From: a virus
Reading direction: 5' to 3' (one strand)
Virus record (IMG/VR): IMGVR_UViG_3300028027_000001
Length of the DNA stretch: 64,000 bases
In this document: positions 9,856 to 21,402 of the stretch, one piece after another
Position numbering within the stretch: the stretch's first letter is position 1
Layout of the letters: every line of letters begins with the position of its first letter
Translations under genes and position numbers: made by a program
Notes under the pieces: generated by a model
Seen by the model: only the letters and a program-made list of their open reading frames with translations
What the model was told of the DNA's origin: nothing
The model's database searches: none

Positions 9856-10806
9856 TTAATGCATGTCCAAATTTATAATTATGTTTGTATCCGTTATGCT
9901 AGAAACTGGTAATGGTTGGGATAGTTTAGCTACGGCTAATAGTTCTTTATTATTATTATATAAACCAACTGTGGTAATATATGGGTTAAAATATGAACCC
10001 GTGGCAAAATCTGAAACTATACCACTGTTTGAGCTACCTGAAATTATAGATGGGTTTTGGGAAAATGTAAATTCGTTTTGGCGAATAGTACATTTGTATT
10101 GGGTTTCATATAATGTGATGTGGCTTTGGAATGAGCATGTTACATTATCTGATAGGTAATCTGTTATGGTTGGTGTTGTTGGGGAACCATAACTAGTGCT
10201 ACCGTAGTTACCATTACCATATTCTCCGGATGTTGTTGGAGTATCTTTAGTTAGTATTACCATACCATGTTCATATATGATATCTCCTACTTTGTATCCA
10301 TCGTATGTAATATTTCCATTACCATCATCTTGTAATTCTCCACCGGGCCCAATTAATGAAAATGTATTAGGTTCAATATATTCCCCAAACATGTTGGATG
10401 GGATGGAAATTATTACTATTTCATCATTTATACCTTGTGGGAAATAACGTTCAGCTGGTAAAGTAGAACCCAAATAATTATAGTAACTTGGTGTATATCG
10501 CTCTCCAGTTATAGTACCATCAGTATTAAATGATGCAGTAGATAGTGGAGAACCATTAATTCCACTTAAATAATTTGAATAATATAATTCTTGTATAGAA
10601 CGATATAACAAATATTGGTCTTGTTGGTGGATATTTCCTGTTTGGTTGGAACCAGATACCCACAATGATGAAGTGATATTCTTGCCAAGATAACGATCTA
10701 TACCGGCATTATATAATGCTGCATCCCCACTGAATGTAAAGGTTTTGTTTACTTCAAATGGGGATACTACAACATCAGATGTTACGAATGGTTTAAATAC
10801 ACTCAT
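9856..10806 (-). CDS. virion structural (baseplate/tail) protein
   Basis: C-terminal YITTVGLYN..KELLAVAKLSQP domain shared with the next gene. Confidence 0.7.
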   Translation of the reverse strand: MSVFKPFVTSDVVVSPFEVNKTFTFSGDAALYNAGIDRYLGKNITSSLWVSGSNQTGNIHQQDQYLLYRSIQELYYSNYLSGINGSPLSTASFNTDGTITGERYTPSYYNYLGSTLPAERYFPQGINDEIVIISIPSNMFGEYIEPNTFSLIGPGGELQDDGNGNITYDGYKVGDIIYEHGMVILTKDTPTTSGEYGNGNYGSTSYGSPTTPTITDYLSDNVTCSFQSHITLYETQYKCTIRQNEFTFSQNPSIISGSSNSGIVSDFATGSYFNPYITTVGLYNNNKELLAVAKLSQPLPVSSITDTNIIINLDMH

Positions 10807-10813
10807 ATAAAAA

Positions 10814-11821
10814 TCAAAAATCTAACTTAACTCGAAGAAGACACTCTTTCGTGAAGTCTTTTAATAATGGTTTTGATAATTTAGCTACAGCTACTAATTC
10901 ATTTGAATCATTATACATGCCTACTGTAGTGATATATACTTGAGGATGATTGATAAAATTATTGTAGATAACTTCTCCAGTTGAACCTGAAATGAAACTT
11001 GAATTTTCTGAGTAGTTGAATTCGCTATTTCTTGCTCTAATGAATACGTAATCTGAAGTGATTGTTTCTTCGGAGTTTAATGAGAATGAAGAGCCATTCT
11101 TAATAGCATTAAATAGTAATTGGTTGTTGTTCCCTTCTGAATTTGATGAGCGGTTTGGTTGGATGGATATTCCAAACTCTTCTACTAGCGCATGTGGGTT
11201 AAGTAAAATTGTTCCTAGATCCGGAAATACCAACCCATATGAACCCTTTGAAGTAGAATAACCACCATTGTTATCCCATGATGAACCATTAGAACCAGAT
11301 ATTAATTGGTATACTCGAGTAGAGCCCAAATATGTATTTACTAGGGTTTCTTGGGAGTTGTCTGTAAATTGTCTAGTATCACTTCCATCAGTTAATTGTA
11401 AATTCAATGAACCCGGGAATAAAGATTCTTTATAGCATGCTCTTTCTATGGAAAGTGCCCAAAAATGGTCACTTGAAGTAATGTTGGTACCAACACCAAA
11501 TGTAAATTGTGCTGTTTCGTCTTCCAATATCATTGAACGATATTGACCATACATTGTTTTAGATGGGGAGTTATCTGGTACTATGTTATTAAACCATGCA
11601 CTACCACTACCAAGAGCATCACAATATGTTATGTCAAATTGCACCGAGGAGGTTGCAGGAGTATCATATACACTTAAATAGTACTCTCCAGCAGCTGATG
11701 CTTTTTGGATAGATGATGTATAGAATGATGTTAATTTTGGGTTACCATTTGACCACAATGTAGAAGTGATCGAATCGCTACTTACAACGAAATCTTCAGG
11801 GTCAAGTCTTTTAAATGCCAT
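10814..11821 (-). CDS. virion structural (baseplate/tail) protein, paralogous C-terminus
   Basis: EFNYSEN...YITTVGMYN..NELVAVAKLSKP...VKLDF. Confidence 0.7.
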   Translation of the reverse strand: MAFKRLDPEDFVVSSDSITSTLWSNGNPKLTSFYTSSIQKASAAGEYYLSVYDTPATSSVQFDITYCDALGSGSAWFNNIVPDNSPSKTMYGQYRSMILEDETAQFTFGVGTNITSSDHFWALSIERACYKESLFPGSLNLQLTDGSDTRQFTDNSQETLVNTYLGSTRVYQLISGSNGSSWDNNGGYSTSKGSYGLVFPDLGTILLNPHALVEEFGISIQPNRSSNSEGNNNQLLFNAIKNGSSFSLNSEETITSDYVFIRARNSEFNYSENSSFISGSTGEVIYNNFINHPQVYITTVGMYNDSNELVAVAKLSKPLLKDFTKECLLRVKLDF

Positions 11822-11823
11822 GT

Positions 11824-12486
11824 TTATGCTGTTTTATTAATTGTAATTGGTATAGTTACACGAGCACCACTATCTAAACCTACAACAGTTAATGTACCTG
11901 CTAATTGTGTATTTGAGCCAAATAATGTGTTAACAGTTGTTGCTCGTAAATTGATTTGAGTACCTATTACAGTTTTAGATACATTTGTACCCAATGTTAC
12001 TGTTGCAGATGAATTTACTGCATTAGCTGCATCCGTGTTGATACCAACTCCACTATATGTATTCATTAATCTCACGTCTGAAATTGTAGCTGAATAACCA
12101 CTAGTTTCGTAAATTTGATTATTGCCTAAATAGTTTAATGTCTGTGGTGTAATTGATAGAGCAGAACCTTGTTGAAGTGCTATTGAAGCATATCCTAAAT
12201 CCAGTACTGGCATTTTAGCTGTTCCACGAGGTAGTGTAGCTAATTTGTATTTCATGATTTGGGTTTCAATTGGAAATGCTTCAAGTAATGGCATGTTTTC
12301 AATTGCTTCACCATAAAATGCAGAACCTGATGGGTGTGTTGGATTATATAATGTGTAATCGATTTCGTCGTCCGCTAAAGCAAATTGAGTGATGCGGAAT
12401 GAACCATCGTTCTTCGCCATCAATTCCCTACCTTTTTTGGTAAGTATCGCATCAACAGTAACAGAGGTGTTATTTAAATAGCCCAT
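11824..12486 (-). CDS. virion structural protein
   Basis: MGYL...VDAILTKKGRE...ITQFALADDEIDY N-terminus; baseplate context. Confidence 0.7.
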   Translation of the reverse strand: MGYLNNTSVTVDAILTKKGRELMAKNDGSFRITQFALADDEIDYTLYNPTHPSGSAFYGEAIENMPLLEAFPIETQIMKYKLATLPRGTAKMPVLDLGYASIALQQGSALSITPQTLNYLGNNQIYETSGYSATISDVRLMNTYSGVGINTDAANAVNSSATVTLGTNVSKTVIGTQINLRATTVNTLFGSNTQLAGTLTVVGLDSGARVTIPITINKTA

Positions 12487-12546
12487 GTATGTTAATATAA
12501 TTTAATTGTTTGTATAAAATTCCATATAATATATGAATAAATATTA

Positions 12547-15500
12547 TTAGAGCAAACCTTTCTGTGTAAGATCGACAATAAATGCGTCAATGTCTTTATC
12601 TAATTCGGGAACTACAAATTCAGGTTTAATAATATATGGTGCTGATGAATTATTTGGTCGGAAACCTTTAATAATAATTTGACTAGCATCATCTACATAT
12701 CGGGTTAATGAGTAGTGGTTAATGTTGATGTTAGTTAAATCTACATCGGGTGCGAAATTTATTTTTAACATTGTTGGATATTCTAATCGCTCTACAGAAT
12801 CTACAATATATGCTTTTTCTTGGTCTCCTTCAAATCTAAATATGTCTCCTCTATCTACATCCCACTCAGTAAGTATGGGGTTAAAACCTGAATTTTCTAT
12901 GTCTTTCATATACCATGTTGGGGTTGTTTGGTTGGTGTCATATGCACTCACCATAAATGATTGGGAGGTAAACATGGAATATGTGAATCCTGGGGATATT
13001 TCAGTGGATTGTTGCCATATATTTGAGGGAATGTTGGTTGTTGGTTGTGCTCCGGGGAGTGGATATTGGTTTATTGCCAGGTTTGATCCTCTAATTTCTG
13101 CAATTGTGTTTCCATTTTCTAAATGGAGACCCAGGGCTATTTTATCTCCACCATACTGAGCGATTAGTTGGGGGGTTAAGGTAAAGGAAACTTCAAAATT
13201 GTAATTATCCGTGGTATTGAAATTTCCCATAGCGTATCCTCTTTGTGCTAGAATACTACCTTGAGTTAAATTAACTATTGCTATATATCCAGTTCCTATC
13301 CCGTCATTGTCAGAAAAATTTAAAGTCATATAAGCGCCGATACTTATAACAACCCCATCAATTGCGGCTTGTGGATTGATAGTATAATAATTATAGAAAA
13401 GTTCATATGGGTTGGGGTAATCAAATCCTTGAACTAGATAATTATTAATAGTGATTGGGGAGGAATGGTTGGTAGTTGTATCATAAGGGGTTCCATTTTG
13501 GAAATACTGGTTTGGGAGATAGTTGGAGTAAATACCAGTATACCCATAATTACCCACAGCTGGTTGGACAAAATTTTGTAATTCAATACTACCAGACCAC
13601 TGAGGTGGTTTAGAACCTGATTGATTATATAATATTGGTTCAATTCTAGTAGCGCCACGAATTATTTCTCTATATGATTTGTTGTTGTCTGGGCCTATTG
13701 CTGTGGTTTGGTCTCCACTTTCATTACGAGAACTGACGTATACCCGCTCCCCAGTTATAAATGTGCCTTGGGAGTTTTGGAGTGAATTGGGAGTTGAATT
13801 AGGTATACTTACAGTCCCATCAGCGTTAATTAAATATTTAATATGAGCCCAAGATGCATCCATATATTCTGGTACCCATCCGGCCATACCATCACAATAT
13901 GCTACGGATGTTTTTAAATGATCTATAGATGGTGTTTTACCAAGAGTGCCTTCATTATATGGACTGTCAGTCCATTTATTAGTGCGTTCTGAAGTATTTT
14001 TAACACCGTTATATCTTGGGTTTTTATGGCGCACGGTAGTATAATTTGAATCTTGTACCGGTGCCTTATACGCTATGCTTCCAGTAATTAAATCAAAATT
14101 TATTGGGGTTTGTGTTCCTCCGGAATAGTCTACATCTTCGAATGTAGTGCTTAATCTAGCATCATCTATATTATTTAATAATGGGTTAAATTCACTATTA
14201 GCGAATGATGAAATGTCTCCTCCAGGGAATGGGGTTGATAACGATTGTGTAGTTACCACTATGTGGTTCCCAGGTAATTCACCATTGTAAAATTCAGATT
14301 GATCAACATATATTTTGTCAACCGAACCGGATAATGTTTGTACAACTTCAGTTTTGGATTGGGATGGGTATAGGGTTTGGTTTATTACTCCACCAGTGCC
14401 TGCATTCACATCGTATATTTTGTTTTCATCGTAATTATCCCATTGTGGTTTAACACTACCCGATAATTCAATGTTAGTATGTGTTAGTTGGGGTTGGGGA
14501 TATCGATTACGTTCAAGTAAATGTTGTTTAACCACAATACCAGATGCTAAACTAGTGCGAGCAGGGACAAAATCACGAATCATTTTGAATAATGAATTGT
14601 CAAAAAATTTGATCAATCGTATAAAATCGCCTAACTTGTAGTTGCTTAAATATTTGGTAAAATATTCGTTACGAAGGGTATCTAAATCAGGATATGATTG
14701 CAATGAGGATGATCTGAATGATGGGTCACCTATGTACTCACCTATGTTAAAGTATCCTAATTGGGAAATTATATCATCGTTTAATTCGTTTTGTGGGGAA
14801 AATGCTACCTCCAAATAATTGATATTTGGTGTGTAGCTAGAACTAGCGTTGGATTGTTGCGTTAAAGACATAAATGGTGATAACGTATCACCAGATGGAA
14901 GTACGTTGTTTTCCACGCGTATTTTATCAGATATCGCGTTTTTAATACCCACCACAGGTTGGTTAAAATAGAAATATTCTGTGTTTGATACAAAATGTGG
15001 TGTTACATCAAAATAAAATTCACTATGATTAGCAAATGAATGGGTTGTTTCCCACCCACCTATAACTTTAGGATGAATAGAAGATGTTAACATATATAAT
15101 TCACCACCAACAGGGGCTCTAAATGCCAATGTTTCTGGTGATTCGTTTAATGTGTTGCCCTCTATTGAATATGGGTTCATGGTGTAATTGTCAAACGCTT
15201 CATTGCTTACCACATTTGAATAGTATCTGATTTCTTGATATGAGCCTGAAAATGGTGAATAAGTACCAGCTAATGCACCTGTACCATCATAAATCCCAAC
15301 ATCGTAATGTATAATGTCATATCCCGTAGGGTCAGCAACAGTAAATGCTGCTGGGAAATAGGATATGTCGGATAGTGTCCAATTATGGCCTGCGGTTGTT
15401 GTAGTTGATGTTGAGGAAAAACCAATAGTGTCTGAATTATTTCCACCACCCAATAATTTATTTTGGGCATGTAATGTGAAATTATCACCATCACGAGTAA

Positions 15501-17664
15501 CCATAACAGACCACCATTCACCATCGAAAAATGGTAAAGTAACATTTGCTGTAGAAGTATTGTTATATGTGTCTGGGTATAGGGTTAATGTTGCATATTG
15601 GTATTGTGGGTCTATTATTGAACCATTATATGATTCTGTAGTATATGCTGTTCCATTATATGTTAAAGTAAGGGCTGATCCTCCATCTCCATACCACACA
15701 CTTTGGGAATATGGAATGTTATTATATGGAAGGTCTTCGGTTTTAAAACGAAACATAAGTGTGGATGGAACATTGTCTTCTGAATTCCAATCACTATTTA
15801 AATCCCAAGATGAAGATATGAAGTTACTACCACTAGTTGAGAATGCATAGTTGAATTCGTTTTGCCATTGATCCCAGTCGTTTGTGTTTACTTTATCTTT
15901 ACCACCATATTCGTTTATTCTTAATATAGTATCAGGGATACCATATGAAGTAATAAGTGCGCGCAATCCGGGTAGGGTTCCTTTTGATTTAAGCAGGTAT
16001 GGCAAATTATGATAAATGCGTTTATATAGCGATTTATTCACATCATCCAACGCCATATTGTCATTTGAAGCAGATATCAATGTATCAACATATTCAAACC
16101 CAGATGAAGCAGGGAATGATTCAGTAATGTTTGGGAATGGGAATAAACTACCATGAGGGGTTAAACCTAAAAACGCAGTATATAAATCTTCATTACTGAA
16201 ATTGTTTTGATATAATTTAACACCAAAATCTCGTATAGCATCCGCTACTAGGTCTTTTGATATACCTTGCTCTAAACGGTTATCTGAATTATATTTTTGT
16301 GTTACTTCATTGTAGTATATCCAGATATTGTCATAATGCTGACCAACCATGTTTACAAATAAATCATATGGTTGATTTGCTGGGTCTTCTCTTAAGTATT
16401 CTGGTATTGAGTAATATAAATTATCGGGGTTGTTAATGTCGTATAAGGATGCTGATAGGATTTCACCACCATATAAGTTGCTATATTCGTTAGTACTACC
16501 AAACCAGGTTTCAACTTCGGTACTGTTTAGTGGAAATAATTGGTATGGTTGAGTAGATGTTGATTTAGGCCACGCGTGTGAACCTGATGTATAGTATAAG
16601 AAATATTCATATCCATCGAAATGGGTAATTATATCGTCTATTTTATTGAAATATGTTGATTTGCTACTACTTATTTCTGTTTGTGAAGATGTTGTTGTAT
16701 CTAAAATAGATATAGCATCTTTATATTGTTCAATAAGATCTATTTTAGCATAGAAATTTTCTAAACGTGTTTTAGCTGAGCTAAAATGAATAAAATTATT
16801 AAAGTCTGTATAGTCAATATTTATGTCAATTTCTTTTTCTTCAAGTAAACTGTTCAATTGATTATGTGAACTAGTGATTGGGGATGAAATTAAATCAACA
16901 TATGATAATTCTATTGTAGAATTATTTACTTGATCTTTAACATTTAAATTAAAATTAGGACCTTTAACATTTACGATATCTGTAAAGATGATTGGTTCTT
17001 CTTCAAATAATACTTTATATGCTACTGGTTCTTCAATTACGGTATTAACCCACAATTGGGAGTTTACATCATATGAATCAGGAAGAGGTTCATATAATTT
17101 GATTAGTATAGTGGGGTTATTAGGGTCTTCATTGTCTAATAATATATTATTAGCTATAGCGAACTGATTATCTCCAAAATTTAAATGAAAATCCAAAAAA
17201 TATGAACTGGATTCGCGTTCATTAATGAAGTTAGTTGTTTTTTCAACTATATCTGTTTCAGTTAATATAGTACTATCTAATCGGATTTCAGTGCGGTCAG
17301 ATGAAAGTTCAGCTATATATAATAATTCAATAGGTGAACCAATTTTTTTATTGGTAAAATTATAGTATGTGATGAATTCTCCTTGAGTAAAACCAAGAGA
17401 TGAAAGATCATTTTCTGGGGAGAATGATATTTGTGATAAAGTATTATTACCAGATGATTGACCATCGTTTAATACTGAATAGTTTTGGAAGTTATATTCA
17501 GTGTGGAGGATATTTTTATTATTATCATATATAAAAAATTCAATACTGCTTGTACTAGACAACGATGTATTTACCTCAAATGATGGGATTAAATTAGTAT
17601 CTGTTATTTGATATGATTGGGCCGTAAAATCGGTTGCATCTATTTGGATTATTTCAGAAGCCAT
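12547..17664 (-). CDS. large baseplate wedge-like structural protein (1705 aa)
   Basis: IPEYLRED, LLKSKGT..GLRALITSYG (gp7/tail protein I-like), FVPART motifs; baseplate context. Confidence 0.7.
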   Translation of the reverse strand: MASEIIQIDATDFTAQSYQITDTNLIPSFEVNTSLSSTSSIEFFIYDNNKNILHTEYNFQNYSVLNDGQSSGNNTLSQISFSPENDLSSLGFTQGEFITYYNFTNKKIGSPIELLYIAELSSDRTEIRLDSTILTETDIVEKTTNFINERESSSYFLDFHLNFGDNQFAIANNILLDNEDPNNPTILIKLYEPLPDSYDVNSQLWVNTVIEEPVAYKVLFEEEPIIFTDIVNVKGPNFNLNVKDQVNNSTIELSYVDLISSPITSSHNQLNSLLEEKEIDINIDYTDFNNFIHFSSAKTRLENFYAKIDLIEQYKDAISILDTTTSSQTEISSSKSTYFNKIDDIITHFDGYEYFLYYTSGSHAWPKSTSTQPYQLFPLNSTEVETWFGSTNEYSNLYGGEILSASLYDINNPDNLYYSIPEYLREDPANQPYDLFVNMVGQHYDNIWIYYNEVTQKYNSDNRLEQGISKDLVADAIRDFGVKLYQNNFSNEDLYTAFLGLTPHGSLFPFPNITESFPASSGFEYVDTLISASNDNMALDDVNKSLYKRIYHNLPYLLKSKGTLPGLRALITSYGIPDTILRINEYGGKDKVNTNDWDQWQNEFNYAFSTSGSNFISSSWDLNSDWNSEDNVPSTLMFRFKTEDLPYNNIPYSQSVWYGDGGSALTLTYNGTAYTTESYNGSIIDPQYQYATLTLYPDTYNNTSTANVTLPFFDGEWWSVMVTRDGDNFTLHAQNKLLGGGNNSDTIGFSSTSTTTTAGHNWTLSDISYFPAAFTVADPTGYDIIHYDVGIYDGTGALAGTYSPFSGSYQEIRYYSNVVSNEAFDNYTMNPYSIEGNTLNESPETLAFRAPVGGELYMLTSSIHPKVIGGWETTHSFANHSEFYFDVTPHFVSNTEYFYFNQPVVGIKNAISDKIRVENNVLPSGDTLSPFMSLTQQSNASSSYTPNINYLEVAFSPQNELNDDIISQLGYFNIGEYIGDPSFRSSSLQSYPDLDTLRNEYFTKYLSNYKLGDFIRLIKFFDNSLFKMIRDFVPARTSLASGIVVKQHLLERNRYPQPQLTHTNIELSGSVKPQWDNYDENKIYDVNAGTGGVINQTLYPSQSKTEVVQTLSGSVDKIYVDQSEFYNGELPGNHIVVTTQSLSTPFPGGDISSFANSEFNPLLNNIDDARLSTTFEDVDYSGGTQTPINFDLITGSIAYKAPVQDSNYTTVRHKNPRYNGVKNTSERTNKWTDSPYNEGTLGKTPSIDHLKTSVAYCDGMAGWVPEYMDASWAHIKYLINADGTVSIPNSTPNSLQNSQGTFITGERVYVSSRNESGDQTTAIGPDNNKSYREIIRGATRIEPILYNQSGSKPPQWSGSIELQNFVQPAVGNYGYTGIYSNYLPNQYFQNGTPYDTTTNHSSPITINNYLVQGFDYPNPYELFYNYYTINPQAAIDGVVISIGAYMTLNFSDNDGIGTGYIAIVNLTQGSILAQRGYAMGNFNTTDNYNFEVSFTLTPQLIAQYGGDKIALGLHLENGNTIAEIRGSNLAINQYPLPGAQPTTNIPSNIWQQSTEISPGFTYSMFTSQSFMVSAYDTNQTTPTWYMKDIENSGFNPILTEWDVDRGDIFRFEGDQEKAYIVDSVERLEYPTMLKINFAPDVDLTNININHYSLTRYVDDASQIIIKGFRPNNSSAPYIIKPEFVVPELDKDIDAFIVDLTQKGLL

Positions 17665-17675
17665 TAATAACTATA

Positions 17676-18020
17676 TTAGTTTATTTGTTGTTGTAACTCA
17701 GCTACTTGTTTTTGAGATTCAAGTAAATCTATTCTTAATTGTGCTATTTCTGCTTGTAATGCAATTATTTCATCTAAGTTTTGTTGATAATTTATATACC
17801 CACTACTAGTTTCAATTAAGTAAGTATGTGAATTATTACCATCTTCAGGAATTTCATAGAATAATTCATTATACATTTCAAAAAATTGTTCAACAGTGGG
17901 TTTGGCTTCAATTTGTTGTTGAATTGTTTTAACTCCTAACTGTTTAAATGAAGTATCAATTATTTTAGAATATTGCCCTTTATTGTAAACTTGCTTAGCA
18001 AATGTAACATTTTCACTCAT
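17676..18020 (-). CDS. hypothetical protein with C-terminal coiled coil
   Basis: Coupled ORF in the structural operon. Confidence 0.7.
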   Translation of the reverse strand: MSENVTFAKQVYNKGQYSKIIDTSFKQLGVKTIQQQIEAKPTVEQFFEMYNELFYEIPEDGNNSHTYLIETSSGYINYQQNLDEIIALQAEIAQLRIDLLESQKQVAELQQQIN

Positions 18021-19108
18021 TAGTTAACTACTTTAAAATAATAATTATCGTCAAATAATACAGTAGAACCATTAATTTCTGATTTGATTATTATTTGGTA
18101 ATAACGCTCAGGTTCAAGCCCACTCATATATACTGTAAAATAATTACCTTTTTCATCAGAACTAATTTGTGTATATGTTTCATCAAATGTACAAACGTAA
18201 TCATTGGTATCCAAGTCTTTTATAGCAAAATAGGAAGAAGTTGGTAAATAATGGATATCTGTAAAATATGAACTTGTTTGGAATGTTCTTGTTGGATATA
18301 AAGGACTTACATTTAAATAAAAACGATTAATGCTTTCTGGATAGAATGTGGTTGGGTTTTCAGCAAGGGATATTTTAATTTCGGGGGAGGAAATAATACT
18401 TGAGGCAGCAGAACCCGTTAATATGGTATGGTAATCCCTCCATCTAAATTCTAGGTGGGGAGGATATATGGTATTTGTATCTACACTATAATATTTCAAT
18501 AATGGTTCAAGGGTTGAATTGAATTCAAATGAACTAGATAATTTGGTTATAAACCCATAATTAGGGATGGAACCTGAATACCATGAATTTACAATTTTAG
18601 TAACATCTAATTCTAAATCTTTTTGGGATCTTAAACCAAAGGATTGAGTAACATAAAGGCTAGATGTTGTGAACCAATTACCACCAGCTAAAGAACTAGT
18701 ATAATCATATCCCCCTATACTACCTGAAAGACTCCAGGAAGTATTAGGGGTGGCTTTATTCCAAGAAGCACCGTCTGTCTCTGAAGGGGAATCACCAAAA
18801 TATCCAGTACCATTATCCCAATCTTGAGCAACTGGGTATATATTAAGGGATATGTTGGTTCCTATTCCTTTCGCAGTTGATATAAAATTGCGAATATGTG
18901 CTGAATATTGACTTCCGGATATAATATTATCTATAATGTCTGTAATTTCTAGATCATCATACAATGAAATATATCGTGCTACTTGAGCGTTTCCGGAAAT
19001 ATCTAGGGTATTGGAGACCTCACACATAGCATCAATCCCAGTATTGGAATCAGGAGTAATGCTATATAATGTGGTATCTTGTAATGGGAATATTTTATAT
19101 ATGGCCAT
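18020..19108 (-). CDS. virion structural protein (DNRLRE-like beta domain)
   Basis: DTTLYS..P..NTG, W..GTG, DVT.IV..W......NYG, YPP.L motifs. Confidence 0.6.
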   Translation of the reverse strand: MAIYKIFPLQDTTLYSITPDSNTGIDAMCEVSNTLDISGNAQVARYISLYDDLEITDIIDNIISGSQYSAHIRNFISTAKGIGTNISLNIYPVAQDWDNGTGYFGDSPSETDGASWNKATPNTSWSLSGSIGGYDYTSSLAGGNWFTTSSLYVTQSFGLRSQKDLELDVTKIVNSWYSGSIPNYGFITKLSSSFEFNSTLEPLLKYYSVDTNTIYPPHLEFRWRDYHTILTGSAASSIISSPEIKISLAENPTTFYPESINRFYLNVSPLYPTRTFQTSSYFTDIHYLPTSSYFAIKDLDTNDYVCTFDETYTQISSDEKGNYFTVYMSGLEPERYYQIIIKSEINGSTVLFDDNYYFKVVN

Positions 19109-19147
19109 CTATATTGTTTTATTATAAATATGGCGATATATGTTTTG

Positions 19148-20983
19148 TTAAAGGGGAGAAACGCGCCCTTTAATATCTTGTTGGGGATATTTTAATTCAA
19201 ATATGCTTGGGTCAAGGGATGGATATATTACATTATTTTGAGTTGCTCCTAATATATCATATGCATATGGTGAATAACCCAAAGAGGTACCGGCCTTATT
19301 ATCTATAGTGACAGATTTTACTGTTTGTACTCCTTTAATTTTATCTAAAATAATATATAAATCACGCAACATTATAGGTTGATTAATTTGCCATTTATCT
19401 CGATTAAAGTGGTCTTGAATAGCTGTTATACACGCTAATAATACTTCGTTATTATTTGAATTTGGAGATACTACTATTTCAAAATTTACTCCTACATTAA
19501 TTATAAATGCATCTCTAATTTCAATGTTATCCCCAATCATTCTATATTGGGATAGATAGGTACGAATATTATTTTTTAATGTTGAGGATGCGTAATCTAA
19601 TTGACCTAAAGAATTTTGAGATAAAATATATAAATTAAGTGTTTCTATGGTAGATACTTGATTATCCGTTAATTTTGGTTGTTCAATATATGCTTTAGAT
19701 ACGGCTCCAAAATCAGAAGGCATACTTAATGTTCTAATTAAGTAATCGTCTGCAGTAACTGAGCGTTGTTGAGATGCTACTAACATTAATGTATTTTGGC
19801 GGATTTCTTCAATAGTATCTCCCCCCTTCCCCCCACTGGCTGCATTGGGGTTGTTTGAAGCTAATGAGGAAAAAATATAATTAGCTGTGGTTGGGTTTAA
19901 GTTAATTTGATTGAATTTGGTATTTGTAGTGTTTACATTAATTAAAGTATTGGCTGGAGAATTGGATGAAACACCCCCTCCAGTTAAATAACGGACTGTT
20001 AGGGTTGTATTTGATGGTGAAATACCATAAGTACCAGTATATAGGAAATTTGTTGGGGAATATGCTGATGTAAGTTTTGATTTTTTTATAGGTAATCCCA
20101 TACCCACATTATTCGGGTTAGGTGAAATTTCTTCATCTATACTTGTGGGATTACCAGCACCGAATTGGATTTGGAGGTTTGAATTTGATGTAAATCTAGT
20201 AGCAAATCTTCTTTGTACCTTTTTTAAGCGAAGTAAATATGGGATATCTTTACCACTGTTAGGATCATTAATGTTAGTATTTTTAACGGGATCAATTACC
20301 ATTTCTTGACCTAAATGATCTACTTCATACCATATATTTCCATCTGAGTCAATTATATCTAATATCTTGATAAGGTTAGGGGAAGATATATTTACTGTAG
20401 CGAATTGTTGAGGTTCATTAAAGGTAAATGAGGTGGAGTTTATTGTGGCTGATATTGCTTGTCTAGATTTTTTTAATAAGTAATATTGAGGAACCCCACC
20501 GGCTGTTTGATATATAGATACTTCGGTTGGGTCTTGTGAACTAGATAGAGAAAAATCAATTTTATCTTGTATTATAAAGGAAGAATTGTTGGATGATATT
20601 GTGGTGTTTTCTCCTATAGTTAATGCATAATCATAATCAGGTACCACATTCCCTCCACCTATTGATTTTGCTGGGACTTGTTGGTAAAAATCTATAATGG
20701 TTTGGGCGGCTGTTGTTGTTTTTGGTTTATAACCAAACATATAAGCTAACTCATATATGTTGTTGGTTTGTTGTGCATATTGAGTAAAATTTTCTTGGAT
20801 CTGATTATCTAAATAAAAACTCAAAACGTCTCCAACATATGCTGCTTGTTCCATAAACATCATTCCTGGGGAAGATGGGGAAAAATCATTATAAGTGTTG
20901 GGGAAATATGTTTTAGTATATTCTATTAATCGTTGTCTGAAATCGGTAAAATCTCGATTAATATATTTGACATCTCTGTTCAT
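19148..20983 (-). CDS. baseplate wedge subunit (gp6/baseplate J-like)
   Basis: DF..FRQRL..Y...YNDFS..SPGMMF.E..AYVGDVLSFYLD; GG...DTIEEIR; RSVTADDY. Confidence 0.9.
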   Translation of the reverse strand: MNRDVKYINRDFTDFRQRLIEYTKTYFPNTYNDFSPSSPGMMFMEQAAYVGDVLSFYLDNQIQENFTQYAQQTNNIYELAYMFGYKPKTTTAAQTIIDFYQQVPAKSIGGGNVVPDYDYALTIGENTTISSNNSSFIIQDKIDFSLSSSQDPTEVSIYQTAGGVPQYYLLKKSRQAISATINSTSFTFNEPQQFATVNISSPNLIKILDIIDSDGNIWYEVDHLGQEMVIDPVKNTNINDPNSGKDIPYLLRLKKVQRRFATRFTSNSNLQIQFGAGNPTSIDEEISPNPNNVGMGLPIKKSKLTSAYSPTNFLYTGTYGISPSNTTLTVRYLTGGGVSSNSPANTLINVNTTNTKFNQINLNPTTANYIFSSLASNNPNAASGGKGGDTIEEIRQNTLMLVASQQRSVTADDYLIRTLSMPSDFGAVSKAYIEQPKLTDNQVSTIETLNLYILSQNSLGQLDYASSTLKNNIRTYLSQYRMIGDNIEIRDAFIINVGVNFEIVVSPNSNNNEVLLACITAIQDHFNRDKWQINQPIMLRDLYIILDKIKGVQTVKSVTIDNKAGTSLGYSPYAYDILGATQNNVIYPSLDPSIFELKYPQQDIKGRVSPL

Positions 20984-20994
20984 ATTAAGATAAT

Positions 20995-21402
20995 TTATTG
21001 AAAGTTTAGTTGTAACTGGTCTTGTGTATTAGTGTTAATTATAGAATATGAGAGTATTATATTAACAGTGTTCATATCAGGGTTACCAGTTACGGTTAAT
21101 TCTTCAACTTTAACACTAGGAAAAAATGTTGAGATTTTATTTGATATATCTGTTTGTAGAAATTCTAAATTATTATTAGTTATTTGTTCAAATATAAATG
21201 CTCTTAAACCCCCACCAAATAAGGGATTCATAGGACGTTCTCCGGGGTTAGTGAGTAAAAAATTGATAAGATTATTTTTTATAGCATCCTTTGTTTGGTA
21301 ATTAGAATTAAATACGGAATTCGAACTAAATGGGAGATTAACCCCCACAGCTGTACTTTCCTGTAAGTCTATCGGGTATATCTTAACCGGGTCAAAAGCC
21401 AT
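20995..21402 (-). CDS. baseplate wedge subunit gp25-like (GPW/gp25)
   Basis: IKNNLINFLLTNPGERPMNPLFG. Confidence 0.9.
   Translation of the reverse strand: MAFDPVKIYPIDLQESTAVGVNLPFSSNSVFNSNYQTKDAIKNNLINFLLTNPGERPMNPLFGGGLRAFIFEQITNNNLEFLQTDISNKISTFFPSVKVEELTVTGNPDMNTVNIILSYSIINTNTQDQLQLNFQ

Noticed and set aside
13434-15545. Nested minus-strand ORFs 13434-13658 and 15270-15545
   Set aside because: They are out of frame within the 1705-aa baseplate gene and have no independent signals.
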